From NCBI GenBank assembly GCA_951406725.2, contig OX597814.1:117366001-117430000 (forward strand): 64,000 nt of DNA, written 5' to 3'. This document shows positions 46,294-59,688 of this stretch, piece by piece. Source of the DNA: Octopus vulgaris. Taxonomy: Eukaryota. The notes below the pieces were generated by a model. It saw only the letters and a program-made list of their open reading frames with translations. It did not search any database and was not told where the DNA came from. The first letter of the stretch is position 1. Each line of letters starts with the position of its first letter. A program made the translations under genes and the position numbers.

Positions 46294-48351
46294 TTATATA
46301 TATGTATACACAGTAGTTCAGAGAGATACGCAGTAAAACAGGGAGATGGAGTAATCAATAATGTTATATATATTCATTGCATATATAGATTCTTATATAC
46401 GATCATACATATATGTACATAAACACGCAGAAACACTGAAATCATACACAAGTGGAAAGGTGTGACAACACGTATATCGTCAGCAATTTAATAAATTGGA
46501 AACAATCCCAAAGTCGTCTTCAGACCGACGAATATATTATTTTATAAATCTAATGCGCTACCTTTTATTTCCATAATTGTATTGATGGATAGGATGGTGC
46601 GAAGAAATTATTAGACAAAGTTTTATTGTTAATTAGCTTATTAAACAGTCGTCGGCTGAAAATATGCTGATTTATCAATACGGCGTGAGTTGTATGAATA
46701 TATTTACAGCTTATTTATTCTATATTCACTGTAGAATTGATAACATGTTCAATTACGGATGCTAGTGTTGAACGGTTTGAAAATACGCATGTATTTACAT
46801 TCATATTGTCCTCTGTGAATTACATATATGTAATAATTAAGATACATTGCTAAATACACTGAAGTAATGAAATAAATGTGCTAATATGTTATCAGTATGT
46901 AATAGTAATTAATATATTATGATGATGCAGTTCGTATATACAACTTATTCTAAAGATTACAAAAAGTTTAGGATCTTCGAGAAGTTGTATCTTCTACATA
47001 GATATATGAAGATACATCAACATATTTATATCTTTCGTTCCTTTGCACACATACTATATGACCGTGTGATATGTGTGTGGGTTTGTGCTTGTGTTTATGT
47101 GCATGTGTTTTTTATGGTATATACATATAGACAGATGTTTTAGGCTCACGTCGTCAGAGGCGATGTTGGCAGGAAGCTGCCGGCAAATTTTCTATAAGCG
47201 GCAATATAGTGTAGCAGAGACATTAATTCAATGTATTTGGAAGACTATGGTGGAGTATTTTCTCATGTCCTTAGATGTATTGTCGTTCAGAGGATTTTAT
47301 TGTCACATCAGTGGAAGCGAAATAATTTGAAGGCGTTGCGTTAGAATGAGACCTGTGCAGACTGTATTCTATATGGTCCGCAGGGATTAAATAATCAGAC
47401 GTGTGTTGAAGCAGACAAGCGCTCAGCGTTAAAAAAGAAGTGCCATCTGCCAGTAGCGTGGAGTTCAGTAATAGTGCTACCGCTGGTGGTGTGAATAAGA
47501 TAGTTCCGTCCGCCAATTGATGGATATTGCAGATTGGCATATTATGTATAGTCTCTCGGGAGACAAGGATGGCAACTGGAAGTTCATAGTGAGATCTCTC
47601 TTCACGATATGCCACTTGCTTTGGGGAAAGTAGTTCCGATGTCCTCCGATGCCATCGGATAGCATGAGAGTGGCTCTATAGACTACAGTCTTTGAAAGGC
47701 AAGATTCTTTCAGGTAGCATCAGGATTTTGATGTTACAGCTTGTGGTGTGGATATGTGATTGCATCAATTGCATCATGCGATATTTGAAGCAATGTTGTT
47801 CAGACAGGTGTCAATGACCGTTACATTGTGTGTATTGAAGTGTTTATAATACAGCACCTGCAGAGAATATTTCCTCCCAAAAATATGATTTAGAGCCTTT
47901 TAGCATGTCTTTTCGACAGGAATCATGCTATCCTGTTCGTGTTCATCTCACTAGTGGACGGTATTATCTCCCCTTCTTTTATACCGATGAACAATTTTAT
48001 TCCCTATTCCATGTGTAAAGATTGTCCTCTAGAGAACTGACCAAGACAATTCACTTTCATATATCCTACTGGGGAACTGAAGTCACTTGAAATCTCAGTA
48101 AATCTATTTAATATGATGTATGCAAAATCAGAAACTTGCACTTTAAAACGATGATGTATGTGCATGTGTAGTTACGAAATTGTAAGGATCTTTTTGACGT
48201 TGACTGATGAGGAATTACTTACGAACTTTCCGTTCGCTCAGCTATTGCTTTTGCTGTGTTCTTGTTTGAAACATTATTTACTTAAAACTCCGCACGCATT
48301 ATTTTCTTTACCCAGGCGCAGGCGTGGCTGTGTGGTAACTCGCTTACTGCT

Positions 48352-49500
48352 ACTAAGTTGTCGTCGGGGTGGAAGTCACGTCGTACGTGAAAATTTGAAC
48401 ATTTGAAGCACGACCACAGGTAAATCACGTTTTTTGGGGAGCTTATTGCGGTCTGCTGTTTGTATTTAAATATTTTTTTTGAACAGGGGTCTCCACTGAG
48501 TTCCAGCCATTTGTTTGCCAGTGGTCGTGTAAGAAGACTCACTGCGTAGTGAGAATTGTGTTTATTTTGGAAGTGTGTTCCTCCAAAATTTTCTTTGAAA
48601 TTTCTATGAATGTGTTTGTGCCCTTTAAAGTGGATTTTTACCATAAAGGACAGGTGTACAGCTAGAATTTGGCGGAATACCATTTGTGCTGCGAATGACT
48701 ACCAGTTTGGATTACCAGAGTAGCAGAATTGTGTTGTGTTGTGTTGCCATTTTGGATTATCTTCCTTCGCTCTTTCTTCTTCTGTCTGTCTTCCTGATTT
48801 TTTTTAGTTTCTTTATAGACTTTCCTTTGAACATTTTGATTTTTGTTTGTGGACTTTTATTTTTGTTTCGACTATCAACATGGCAAATGTGAAATCCGCT
48901 TTGGTGTGGAAAATTTTGGGCCCCAAAGAATGGTTGAAAAATTATACGGAGAGAACGGTGGTGTTAAGGAACTATTCCAGGGTCCTTGACACCATCAAGG
49001 TCTTCTCTGAGGAAGAAATTGGGGAGATTGGCAGACTATCTGTCAACTGTTAGGTTTATCCGCCGGGGTGCGAAGTATGGGATTGTGTGTGTTGTTTTTG
49101 ACACCCCTGCGGAAGCTCATGATTTTGCAAGTATGCCTTTGGAAGGGGAGAAAATTTTGTTTCTCCCTACTTATGGCGGTAGAAAGTTGAGAAGACCCTG
49201 GGTGTGTGGACTGCCACCCGGTACAGAGGTCGAGTGGATAGAAGTCCCTATCCGCCGAGGCCTGGGTGGCGGCACTGCCAGCTCTTAAATGTAAAAACGT
49301 TGTCTGTGGTTGATTGGGTCGGGTCAAAATTGCTTTTGACCCTTATGATCCAATCAACCGATGAACTGGTTTTATCAGATTTTTTAACAATGGCCGGTTC
49401 TAGGTACACGGTGATGGTTGAGGGACGACCCCTAAGTGTCACGTGTGCCTGAAATTGGGCCATATAAAGAAGAACTGTCGCCGGGATCAGGCAAGGGTCC
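48352..49500 (+). mobile_element. Tx1/L1-clade LINE 5' portion: putative 5'UTR plus frameshifted ORF1 (ATG 48880) with a CCHC zinc knuckle
   Basis: RRM-like VCVVFDTPAEA, VCGLPP, TVMVEGRP, then CHVCLKLGHIKKNC (CX2CX4HX4C, 49437-49478) across frameshifts. Confidence 0.7.
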
Positions 49501-49633
49501 TGGAACAGTTAATTGAAAAAGTGTTCCCTGATCCCCCAAATATATACACATTAGCGAATCGTTAAAACATTCAGTAATTTGGATGATGAAATCATATAAA
49601 CTAAGCATGCCGGAGAAAGCCATGGCCGTGGGG

Positions 49634-49682
49634 CTTAACTGATGAGACATGGGTAGTTATCGAAACTGACGCCAGTACTAAG
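49634..49682 (+). ncRNA. Type I hammerhead ribozyme with an intact catalytic core
   Basis: ctta(a)-CTGATGA-GACA..TATC (stem II, one mismatch)-GAAA-CTG-ACGC-CAG-T-A-(c)taag; stem III A-CTG/CAG-T is perfect; cleavage triplet GUA at 49675-49677. Confidence 0.65.
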
Positions 49683-49801
49683 AATTCTCGACTGGTATTT
49701 TTCTGACGATTCAGGTCCCTGTTAGTGCATGGGATCAATTCTAGCTCGTATTTCTAGCATTGTAGGTGTTTCTACACACCCTAGTCACATTTAGTGACAA
49801 T

Positions 49802-49849
<48 letters not shown>

Positions 49850-52800
49850 GATAGATAGAAAGACAGAGACAGTGGTAGAAGGAGAGAAAAAGCAGGTAGA
49901 GAAACAGAGAATTCGATGTTAATGCCATTTGCATCTGCACATCATATATATCTTTCTACCTTTTTCTCAGTTTCTAGCGTATGTGTGTGCCTGGATGTAC
50001 ACACAAGCATATGCAATTATAGTCGCTGTGGACACGCGCGGGTGTGTGCGTGCGTGAGTATGTGAATATCTTTGTATTGCATTAAAAAATGTTTAAATTC
50101 TTATTTGAATGTAAATCTCAGAATCAAAACTACTCGCTATTGCACAGCCTATGAATAATTTAAATGAATTCAAACATCCAGTTCTTGGCTTCGATTGTTT
50201 TTCCTCTCTAAATCAACGCTTTTTGAAAAAATAATACTTTTCGTATGCCCGTGATATTAAATGATATAAGTCTATACAGGTCTTCTACTAAATTAGTGAT
50301 TCTTGTCCTTGCGGAGTAAAGTAAGATTTGCCTATATTTTAAAGACGTTTTTAGATAGACTGGGATAGAGCCAATGAGTAGAGGCGCTGAGCATGATACT
50401 GAAAATTGAAGAAGAGTCCAGGGACTCGGTTGCTTGGTGAAAGATATTCTCAGTGGAAGGTGAAGTAAATAATGGTACTTTTGGTTAAACAAGTGGAAAC
50501 ATAATTCGACAGTTCTTCCTGGACTTGTGGTGCATTCATCACCTCCTATTAAAAATATCCCGAAACAGTGAATGCCTTGTGGGGAACACTAACCTTCAAC
50601 TTATACAAAATACATAAGTAACTAAGAATAAAAAATGAGAGCAATATATGATCACTAAATACCATGTGTCGTTATAAAACACGAGTGAATGATTGCGTTT
50701 CTGCATTAATATCGTTAAATAATAAACAATATAACGGATCTACCATAAATATCAAACGATACTTTATTAAAAGCACACAGAATATTTTTGTCGAATTTGG
50801 ATGTATTAGGCTGAGATTTCTCCTGTTATATGCTTTTATGTAACATATTGTATTTGCTGGGCTTTGTTATGGCTTCCTTTAAGGAAATAAACAACTTCTA
50901 TGTGTTCAGCTTTTAGAAACAAGTGTTTCATTCCAATGCTGAGTTTCAGTTGCTTGGGAAAATAGTGTATTAACAATTCAATGCATTTCGATAGTTGAAA
51001 TTTCTCTCTTCCATATAGTATTGAGAAACGTAAACTAACACTGAAAGATCTACTTCATATTTTAGGTTAAAGTTCTCTAAAAATCAAGTTGTATGTAGTA
51101 ATTCGGGGTGTCTACAGCGCAAATAACTTTAACATTCTCCTTGATACCTGAATTACTTCGAGTTATTGATGTAGCTCTTTCTCCTTGACGGAGGCACAAG
51201 GAAGTTATACATGAGTTTGTATGTACACGCTCGTAATTTCTAGCGACTCTGCGCGTGACTGGTTGTATTTGCATGTACCTGTCTGGCCGAAAATTTGGAA
51301 TATATCACGAATTCCATACAGAATCCAACTCAGAATTTGAAGCAAATAATAAACAGCAAATCACAATATCCAGAGTACCGCGAAGCAAGGGAATCCACTG
51401 AAAACATTTCACTGCACTCTTACAAGAGACAAAAATTATCCAGTTCATTTAATACAATCAAAACATGTTTGTAAATAAGACTGATACATGTTAATATGTA
51501 TTATGCTTCTGGTAATTGTTCAAGGTGCTTATGTGATTGGTGAATTTATCTTTGATGTTCTTATCGCTTTTCAACGTATTGAGGTTGTTAGGAAAATACG
51601 AAGTTGCTAATTATTTTGTTAAATTTATTTCTACAGAAATAGTTAGTACTAATTATTTTTGCTACAAAGTCTCGTATCGAGACGTCAGATGTGAATGAAC
51701 AATGAGATCGGCGGCAAAAATTGGTGATGAATGTATATGTCATACTTCATGGGTTTTTGCCTTTTCATTTGCACTCATATAATCCACACTTTCCTCCGAA
51801 GACATTGTTTACATAGCCACTACATACGGTGGTGTAAAATTATTGGATATGCCAATTTACTTATCAAACGCATTCACGGAGCAAATCTGTAAATATTAAA
51901 GGCCAGTAGTCACGTGGTATTCGTTAATGCAACCTTAAAGTACAATAAAGTATATTTAATGTTGTGTGTATATTTAATGTTGTAATGAAATAATCTTAAT
52001 AAAATAATGTAAAGAGCACTGCTAACGCAGTAGGCCATTCTGTTTACTCATAAAAAAATCGTTTACCATACTTCCTTGTACATTATGGCTGCGTAACGAA
52101 ATTCCACGTTACTACAACTCTTTAACATTTTCATACCAGCCCCAGGAATGTGTTAAACCTGTAAATTGGTATATCCAATAACTTTAAACCACTGTATGCG
52201 ATGGCTGTATAAGCAATAAGGTCGGTGGCAAGAGTGGGTTGGATGAGTGCTGGTGTAGGGGAAACAAACACCGAAATATGGCACATAGGCTCATTCCCAA
52301 TTTTTGTCTTCGCTGTCATTGTTTGCTTACATCGGACGTTTCGATATGAAACGTTGTACCAAAACCTCAGTACTGGCTATAATTTCTGTACAAATAAACT
52401 TAACAAAATAATGTAAAAAGCACTTCTAACTCAGTAGGTCGTGCTTTTGACTCATGAAAATACTTAATATACTTTAATGTCTGTTATGGTGGCATAACTA
52501 TTTTTCCGTGTGATTACAAGTCTGTAATAGTAGTTGGTAATGACTATGTTACTAGTGACGGTTGCTAGTAATGGTAGAAAACAGCAAAAACCTTTACTCA
52601 CGATAGCAAATAAAATTTTCAGGGCAGAATCTTTATTATAACCAAGTTTGCCTTAGCCATCACCGACCCATCTTTTCTTCCGAGACATATAATTTGTTTT
52701 CATATTTAGTAGATGATTCGTTTGCAAGTCACGTCGGTAAAAATAGCTGTGTCTTTACTAATTAGGAATGTCAATAAGAAATCACAGAATCTCATTTTCT

Positions 52801-53104
52801 CGAAACAGCCTTTCAGCAGAGAAATGCATCATCCGATGAAGGCGGAGAAATTCTGAATGCAGAAAGGAATAAATTAGAATGTGGGGCATGAAAGTGAAAA
52901 CTTAGCAATAATGATTATAGCGCAAGCGAGTTAATAAAGTACAAAGGCGTACAAACGATTCACTGCTTCACGAGTTTACATAGGATGAAACTATATTACA
53001 CTGCTAGAGTTAGCCCACATTCAATATTGACATTTAGATATACTATACCTGCTTGATGCATAAATAACCTCCACAATCAAAACACCAATGCAATAACACT
53101 TAAA

Positions 53105-53430
53105 AGCATTGGCACTCCGTCGGTTACGATGGTGCGGGTTCCAGTCCATCCGGTCAAAGGATCAACTTGTTCACGAAATGAATGTGCAAGTGGCTGAGCA
53201 TTCCACAGACACGTTTACCCATAACGTAGTTTTCAGGGAGATTCAGTGTGATACAGAATGTGACAAGACTGGTCCTCTGAAGTACAGGTACTACTCATTG
53301 TTGTCAGCTGAGTGGACTGGAGTAACGTGAAATAAAGTGTCTTGCTCAAGGATACAATGCGTCGCCGGTAATTGAAATCACAATCTCACAGTTTTGAGCC
53401 GTATACGTTAACCATTAAGCCACGCGTCTT
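53105..53430 (-). mobile_element. tRNA-derived SINE family D, old copy
   Basis: Minus strand: gacgcgtggcttaatggttaa (A box)...tttcaattacc (B-box relic)...tccttgagcaagacactttatttcacg (central-domain-like segment typical of ancient SINEs). Confidence 0.7.
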
Positions 53431-55356
53431 CACACATGCAGCACTTTTCTACTGGCATTGTCAGTATCTGATAGTAATTTTCTTCATAATTTACTAAGTA
53501 AATCCTTTGAATCACATTGGTAAGAGTTAATTAGAGATGAATATGATCCAGTACAACACCACCCACAATTATTGGAAAGTGTGATGCATTGCTTAAAATA
53601 GTTTTCCTTTGTTTGTATGTTCTATATACAACTGTGTAATAACATGTATAAAAAATGTAATATTGACAGATTTTCAGAAATAATTGTTACTTCTTGCAAA
53701 TAAAAAAAAGCATACAAAAACAAAAAAAAAACAACAAATTTACGACTACATCCTTCCGAAACAAATTGTTTTTGATTATTATTTTTTTGTATGCCATAAC
53801 AGTTGGTTACATATTTTTGTAGAGAGAACCTTCGATAACATACATTCCAACTATGATATATTTTCTCGACGTGGAAGGACGAATGGCACGTTCATATAGA
53901 AAATGTATATGAGGTTTAAAAATAACTTATCTGAATACGTCAGAGAATATCACCAGTTGACTAAGACCTCAGTTGCTCTTCAACGATACCTATCTTGGAA
54001 TAAGCAACATCAAAAGCGCCAACTTGTTATTAAAGCCAACAAGAGATACTTCTAGGCTCCTACTTAACTAACCAACAATAGCAGTAAAAAACTTAATTCT
54101 GTCCTAGCTTCGTAAGAATACATGGACACTTAACCGAATACCTGGAGATAATATCTAACAAACAACAAAAACGAATCTGACCTCAACTACATTGGCTTAC
54201 ATAGATTTACAGGGCAATTATGAACTGTTCAAAATCTATTTACTATTCTTTATGTATCATATTCTACAAAAGATGGATTAAAATAAAGAAAAAAATGTAT
54301 TCTTGAAAGACTGCCAAATATATATAAAAAATATAGATTATTACATTCCTGTTATGTTTGAGTAATAAGATCTATTAGTTTTCACTTGACATCTTGAAAA
54401 AATAGCAATAATTTTTGTATACAGCGTATCAAGTGGATATTAATACTACACTTATATATTAAATTCTACATATTTATTATATTCTTTACCTCAAATATAT
54501 CATGAAACGAATAAATACGTTGAATTATTTGCGTTTACTGTATTCATGACTTTGCAAGCAGAAATATTTTTCGTGAAGCCATTGTTCATTTTAATATAAA
54601 CCAAGCTCACCTGACAGCCAGTTTGTTTGCATCGAACTCTTTATAAAGTAATTGTCTTGAATTATAACTCCAGAACCAGCGCTTTGATTCATGTGTCTAA
54701 TATTAAGATATCTATATTTAAAAGTGAATTCACACCATTTCTATTATGTTGTATCAACAATTTTAATGTACAGTGTATTGATTTCATAACGTTAGCTAAA
54801 TTGCAATCTACAGCGTTTTATATACACACCCTTGTAGTATACCCACATATAAATATGTAAGATTAGGTATATATTCTAAAGACATATGCATGCATGCATA
54901 CTTACAGACATACATAAACACATGCATACACACCAGCGCCATCTTATGTACATACACCCACGCACACATACATTTATATAGAAAACCTCATAAATTAAGC
55001 AAATTGTAGAATATAAGTTAGGTTTCTTTAGACAGTATGAATAATACCAATTTTGTCTCCAAGACATTATTATATTTACGTTAATGTTCCATAAATCATT
55101 TTCCTGCCTTAGCTCATGAATAACGCTTTCTAATGTAAATAATAATCAATCCTGTTCATACTGTATTTACACACACTCACGCAGACACACACAAAGTATT
55201 CTGCCTGTGTTTGTATATACGTACGCCTACATACATAATTACACATGAACACATCTATACATCTAAATATAAACATACACACTCACCCATAAATACAAAT
55301 ATACCTCTATTAAATATACATATACATATGCATACATACATACATACATACATATA

Positions 55357-55396
<40 letters not shown>

Positions 55397-56239
55397 AATA
55401 CATGTGTATATATATAGAAATACATGTGTATATAAATATGTTTCGGTATACGTGCTTATATGTATGTGTGCATGTTGGAAGTTGGTATGTGAGGGCATTT
55501 AAGCATCCATGTGTGCATCTACGTGTGGGTGTGTTTGTGCGTGTAGGTGAGTGTGTATGAGAGAGAGAGAGACACACACACACACACAGATAATGAGCGC
55601 TCGCTTGCCTGTATTAATGCACATTAAACTTTGCCGAATATAAACTGTAATAGAGTTTTCCTGAAATAGATATCTTTCCCAATTTCACTTACAACACACT
55701 TACACACATCGACATTTACATTGCTACATATATCTACCTTGCAATATATTATATCTAGGCGCTTATATACGATGGCTTTATTATCGCACATGTTTACTTG
55801 AAAATACGTAGAATTATAACGCAATCAAAGGAAAGAACATTCATTTTCTCCTGAATGAATATATTTGGCTTTAGCATTTAGATTATTTCTGCTGTTGATA
55901 TTATTATTAGTAGTAACATATATATGAAATTGATCTTTTCGTTATGCATGTTATCTGGTAGTTACGTTTAGATTACTATGGCCTTGTTGTAAGCCAATTT
56001 CTAAGAATCCAGTTTATCTTGAAGAATGATACACTTAGAATATTTCCCTGGTGTTACGTAATTCTCAAGAGATGGTTTTCGATTCCCCAGTCACCAATCA
56101 GTGGTACCAAATATTTTACGTAGGCAAACATTTTGTAATTGAAATATTTTTATGATATAATCCCGTCAAATTCACGCAATTCACGTACGAAACCACACAT
56201 AGTACATGTATACACAAATACAAATTTCGGGAATGGAGG

Positions 56240-56600
56240 AGGTAAAATTCAGCCTACATATGTTTCCTAGCTACCAGAACCTCAGAAGTAGCTATTACGC
56301 AGTGTGTGGTACTCCACTGGATACTTATCAAGCCGTAGATACCTTCGTTAAATGAAAGTTACATTGTCGTCCAGGTATACCAAGTTAACATGGAGGAGAT
56401 TTGATCAAAATATCATATGTAGGGACAACAGTTGCTAACCGACAATTATAAGATAACTTTCTTCAGCTTCTCGAAGTCAGTTATGATAAAAATTTACAAC
56501 TGTTTACGTCAATGAACCAATAATGTTCTTGACGGTTTTTATACCTTCTACGGACTGATCGATGCTTACCAGCCTCCTACACCTGGAGCCTGGGGTCTTA
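56240..56600 (+). pseudogene. Possible decayed PLE GIY-YIG fragment
   Basis: Frameshifted PLD, VYQV and SYVGTT pieces in the expected order; weak. Confidence 0.3.
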
Positions 56601-56638
56601 CCTGTACATAATCTTACACATGCACCCACCACACACAC

Positions 56639-56707
<69 letters not shown>

Positions 56708-58043
56708 CGAGTGTATGTGTATATGTAAACATATATGTTTAGATATGTGATATTTCTCTTTGCTCCAGTTTGATCATGCAAAAAATAAGAACAATCCCAC
56801 TGCTAGTACAGCACTCTCTGCCTTAGCAGCCATATTTCGTAAGGTCCACTGGGTCAAGTCTAAGAAGGCTTGGGTGTGTATTTAACTACCTGTTTATGAT
56901 AACATAGCCATAGAAATTTATGAGCGAATATACGGCATATTTTAAAACATGATGCTCACTTGTGAGTGACTAGTTACTGACATATATAGAGATATATATT
57001 GATAAATACGCACCTATGCAATCATAGATTACCGAACACATATTCAGACATACACGCACATGTATATTCATACATACATACATATACCTGTAAATGTCTT
57101 AAAGATAATTACGCACACACACACACGCGCGCATGTGTTTATGTGTGTGTGTGTGTGGGGGGGGGGTATATATATGTTTATAATTATATGTCTCACTCCC
57201 CTGAGACTCTTACTGTTAAAAATTCAATGCGGAAAAATCATTCATTGACCCATTAAAACACGTGAGTAACGATGCCATTGTCCACCAATTACTATCTAAT
57301 ATCAAATAAATCGAAATTCGTCTCGATGCATAGTGAGAGATTTATTCTTTGCAGAAGGTCAGTAAAATGTCACATTCGCTTAATAGCTTAGTCTATAAAT
57401 CCTGTTAATAGATTGCCACGAAATCTTATGCCAGAAATATTAAAGTTAAAGAGAAGAGAATTACTAAACACTGCAGATATTTAAATAAATGTGCATGGAA
57501 TTCTTTGATTCCAAATATAGTTTGCTGTGTACATATGTAAGACATTATTTAGTTTAGCCGTGATTAAAGTTAATGGTGCGTCATTTCATTTCGAAATTGT
57601 TTCATGCTTCAATGCAAACCAATAAAAAGAATTGGAACCATAATCATTACGAGCAACCGTTCCCTCCTGATTTAGGAAGCGATGAGGTCACAATGTATTT
57701 TCATAATATTTAAGTACATGCAGTACCTAATCTCTTGCAAACGTACATTTTAAGTGTCGTATTTTTGGCATAGATTTTAATCGCATAATAGAAAATATAT
57801 AGTAAAATCCCTATCTAGGAAATGATGTATGAAGAAATTAGTATAACAGGAGACTGGAAAGAGAGATGAAACTGAAAGTAAACTTCAAAATCAGAAATTG
57901 CAAACTTCCCAAATCTCTTCAACCTCTTACGCATTATAAAGGAAAATGAGGAATAGCACGTATGTTTTATACATTAGAATAACTAAAATGGGCGGAAAGC
58001 CGTCTATGAAGGATTACAGAGGGTGGGGATGCCTATATTATGA

Positions 58044-58182
58044 AGCGTGAAAGGTGTTTATAAGCCATTTAAGAAACACACAAAAACAGTTAGATTCACT
58101 TCAACATTTAACTTTATATTAGTTGAAGTGTATCTAACGGTTTTGTGTGTTTCCTAAATGGCTTGTAAACACCGTCCACGCT
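58044..58182. repeat. Foldback with ~62-bp imperfect arms and a one-sided tail
   Basis: agcgtgaaaggtgtttataagccatttaagaaacacacaaaaacagttagattcacttcaac / gttgaagtgtatctaacggttttgtgtgtttcctaaatggcttgtaaacaccgtccacgct. Confidence 0.9.
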
Positions 58183-58945
58183 GCAATTGTTTCCTTTCCA
58201 GCACACGTCCTCAGATCAGGTCACTTGCTCTGCAAATACATCTCCGAAATAATGAGATGGTAAGGAAAATACGTCGATTTCTGAAAACACTAAGATATAA
58301 ACGGCAAGTGGATCGAATGGAGACCTAATGACGTTTCAGAATATAATAGCAATAAAACTATTTGTAGCAACTCACAGATTATTGTGTGTGTGTGGGCGGT
58401 GAAATTATCACATGGGTCCACAGGGTGTCTCCAATCGAGTAAATCATAATATAGAAGGAAACCACTTTCGCACTTCAAGGCGAAGTTCAACAGTTGAGCC
58501 ATTGCTAAATAGGCAGATGTCTGCAATTAACTGCTCACACTTCGTGACATCCACATTCTCCTGCCAAGTCATTCACAGCCTGAGAGAAATCAAAATTAGT
58601 CGAGTACGAATCCGTTGACAATTACAAAATAAAACCAAAAGCGGTAATGGACGCGAACGAAGACTGCTAATCAAATTCAGACGCAGATGTGATATTCTGT
58701 CATGGCATTCGAAGTAAATTCCGTTTCCGAGACAAAGTGACGAGGCCGATTTTAGTGGTAAGTGAAAATATTGCATTTGGGTCCAAATGATTCTATGTGT
58801 ATATGGCTATTGTTTCATACTCCAAGACGATAGGTCGAAACACGTGCAAAATCACATATATACACGAATACAAAACCATATACAGGTGTGAATTTGTGAA
58901 CGTATACAACAATAAAAGTGAATATGGGCGTATAGATATTGTATG

Positions 58946-59074
<129 letters not shown>

Positions 59075-59234
59075 ATTGAATAAGGGTAGAAATTGATATT
59101 AATCAATTAAAACCAGTGGCCTAGCATATTAAAAGGATCCGAAGATTAAAATATTTTTTACATACAAAATTTAAAGGACTGACCACTAAAAGTGGACGGT
59201 CAACTTTTAGTGGTCAGTCCTTTAAATTTTTATG

Positions 59235-59236
<2 letters not shown>
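59075..59236. repeat. Unit between (TA)n tracts ending in a foldback (59159-59236, ~35-bp arms)
   Basis: aaaatttaaaggactgaccactaaaagt / acttttagtggtcagtcctttaaatttt. Confidence 0.9.
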
Positions 59237-59299
<63 letters not shown>

Positions 59300-59392
59300 A
59301 AGCTTTATGAAGATAGACAAAAGACGAAGGCAGGTGGAAAACAAAGAAACAATTGTATTAGTATGGCGCTCAGGAAATATAAATAAAACAAG

Positions 59393-59430
59393 TCTTTAAC
59401 GTTTCGAGCCTACGCTCTTCAACAGAAAGA
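59393..59430 (-). ncRNA. Minimal hammerhead-like motif in the PLE pLTR (A6U core)
   Basis: TCTTT-CTGTTGA-A-GAGC-GTAG-GCTC-GAAA-CG-T-T-AAAGA: 5-bp stem I, 4-bp stem II, palindromic AACGTT stem III. Confidence 0.6.
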
Positions 59431-59688
59431 TACACAGAGAAAAAAAACACAGAAAGAAGGAGAGAAAAAATATATGCGTGCAGTAACTAACGAATCAACA
59501 TGGCGATCTGATTTCGGCCAGAAGTCAAAGATCAAACATGAGACGCGAGAGCGAAATTAGGGGAGATAATAGGGTTGAATGACCTACTCCAACATAAGGG
59601 TGTGTGTGTGTGTGTGTGAGTATGAGAGAGTATTAGTGCGTATGAGAGGTCTGGACGTGTGTATGTATATATGATGCGATGTGTAAAG

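Noticed and set aside
47130-48050. Possible RTE-type LINE relic (GIKEGE, VKRDL on the minus strand)
   Set aside because: Motifs are too degenerate to assign by eye
48204-48230. CTGATGA...GAAC motif
   Set aside because: Stem II does not pair and GAAA is absent
58270-58800. Moderate-GC unique stretch with short ORFs; faint MULE-transposase-like SDADVIFCH
   Set aside because: Similarity too weak to support a gene or transposon call without a profile search
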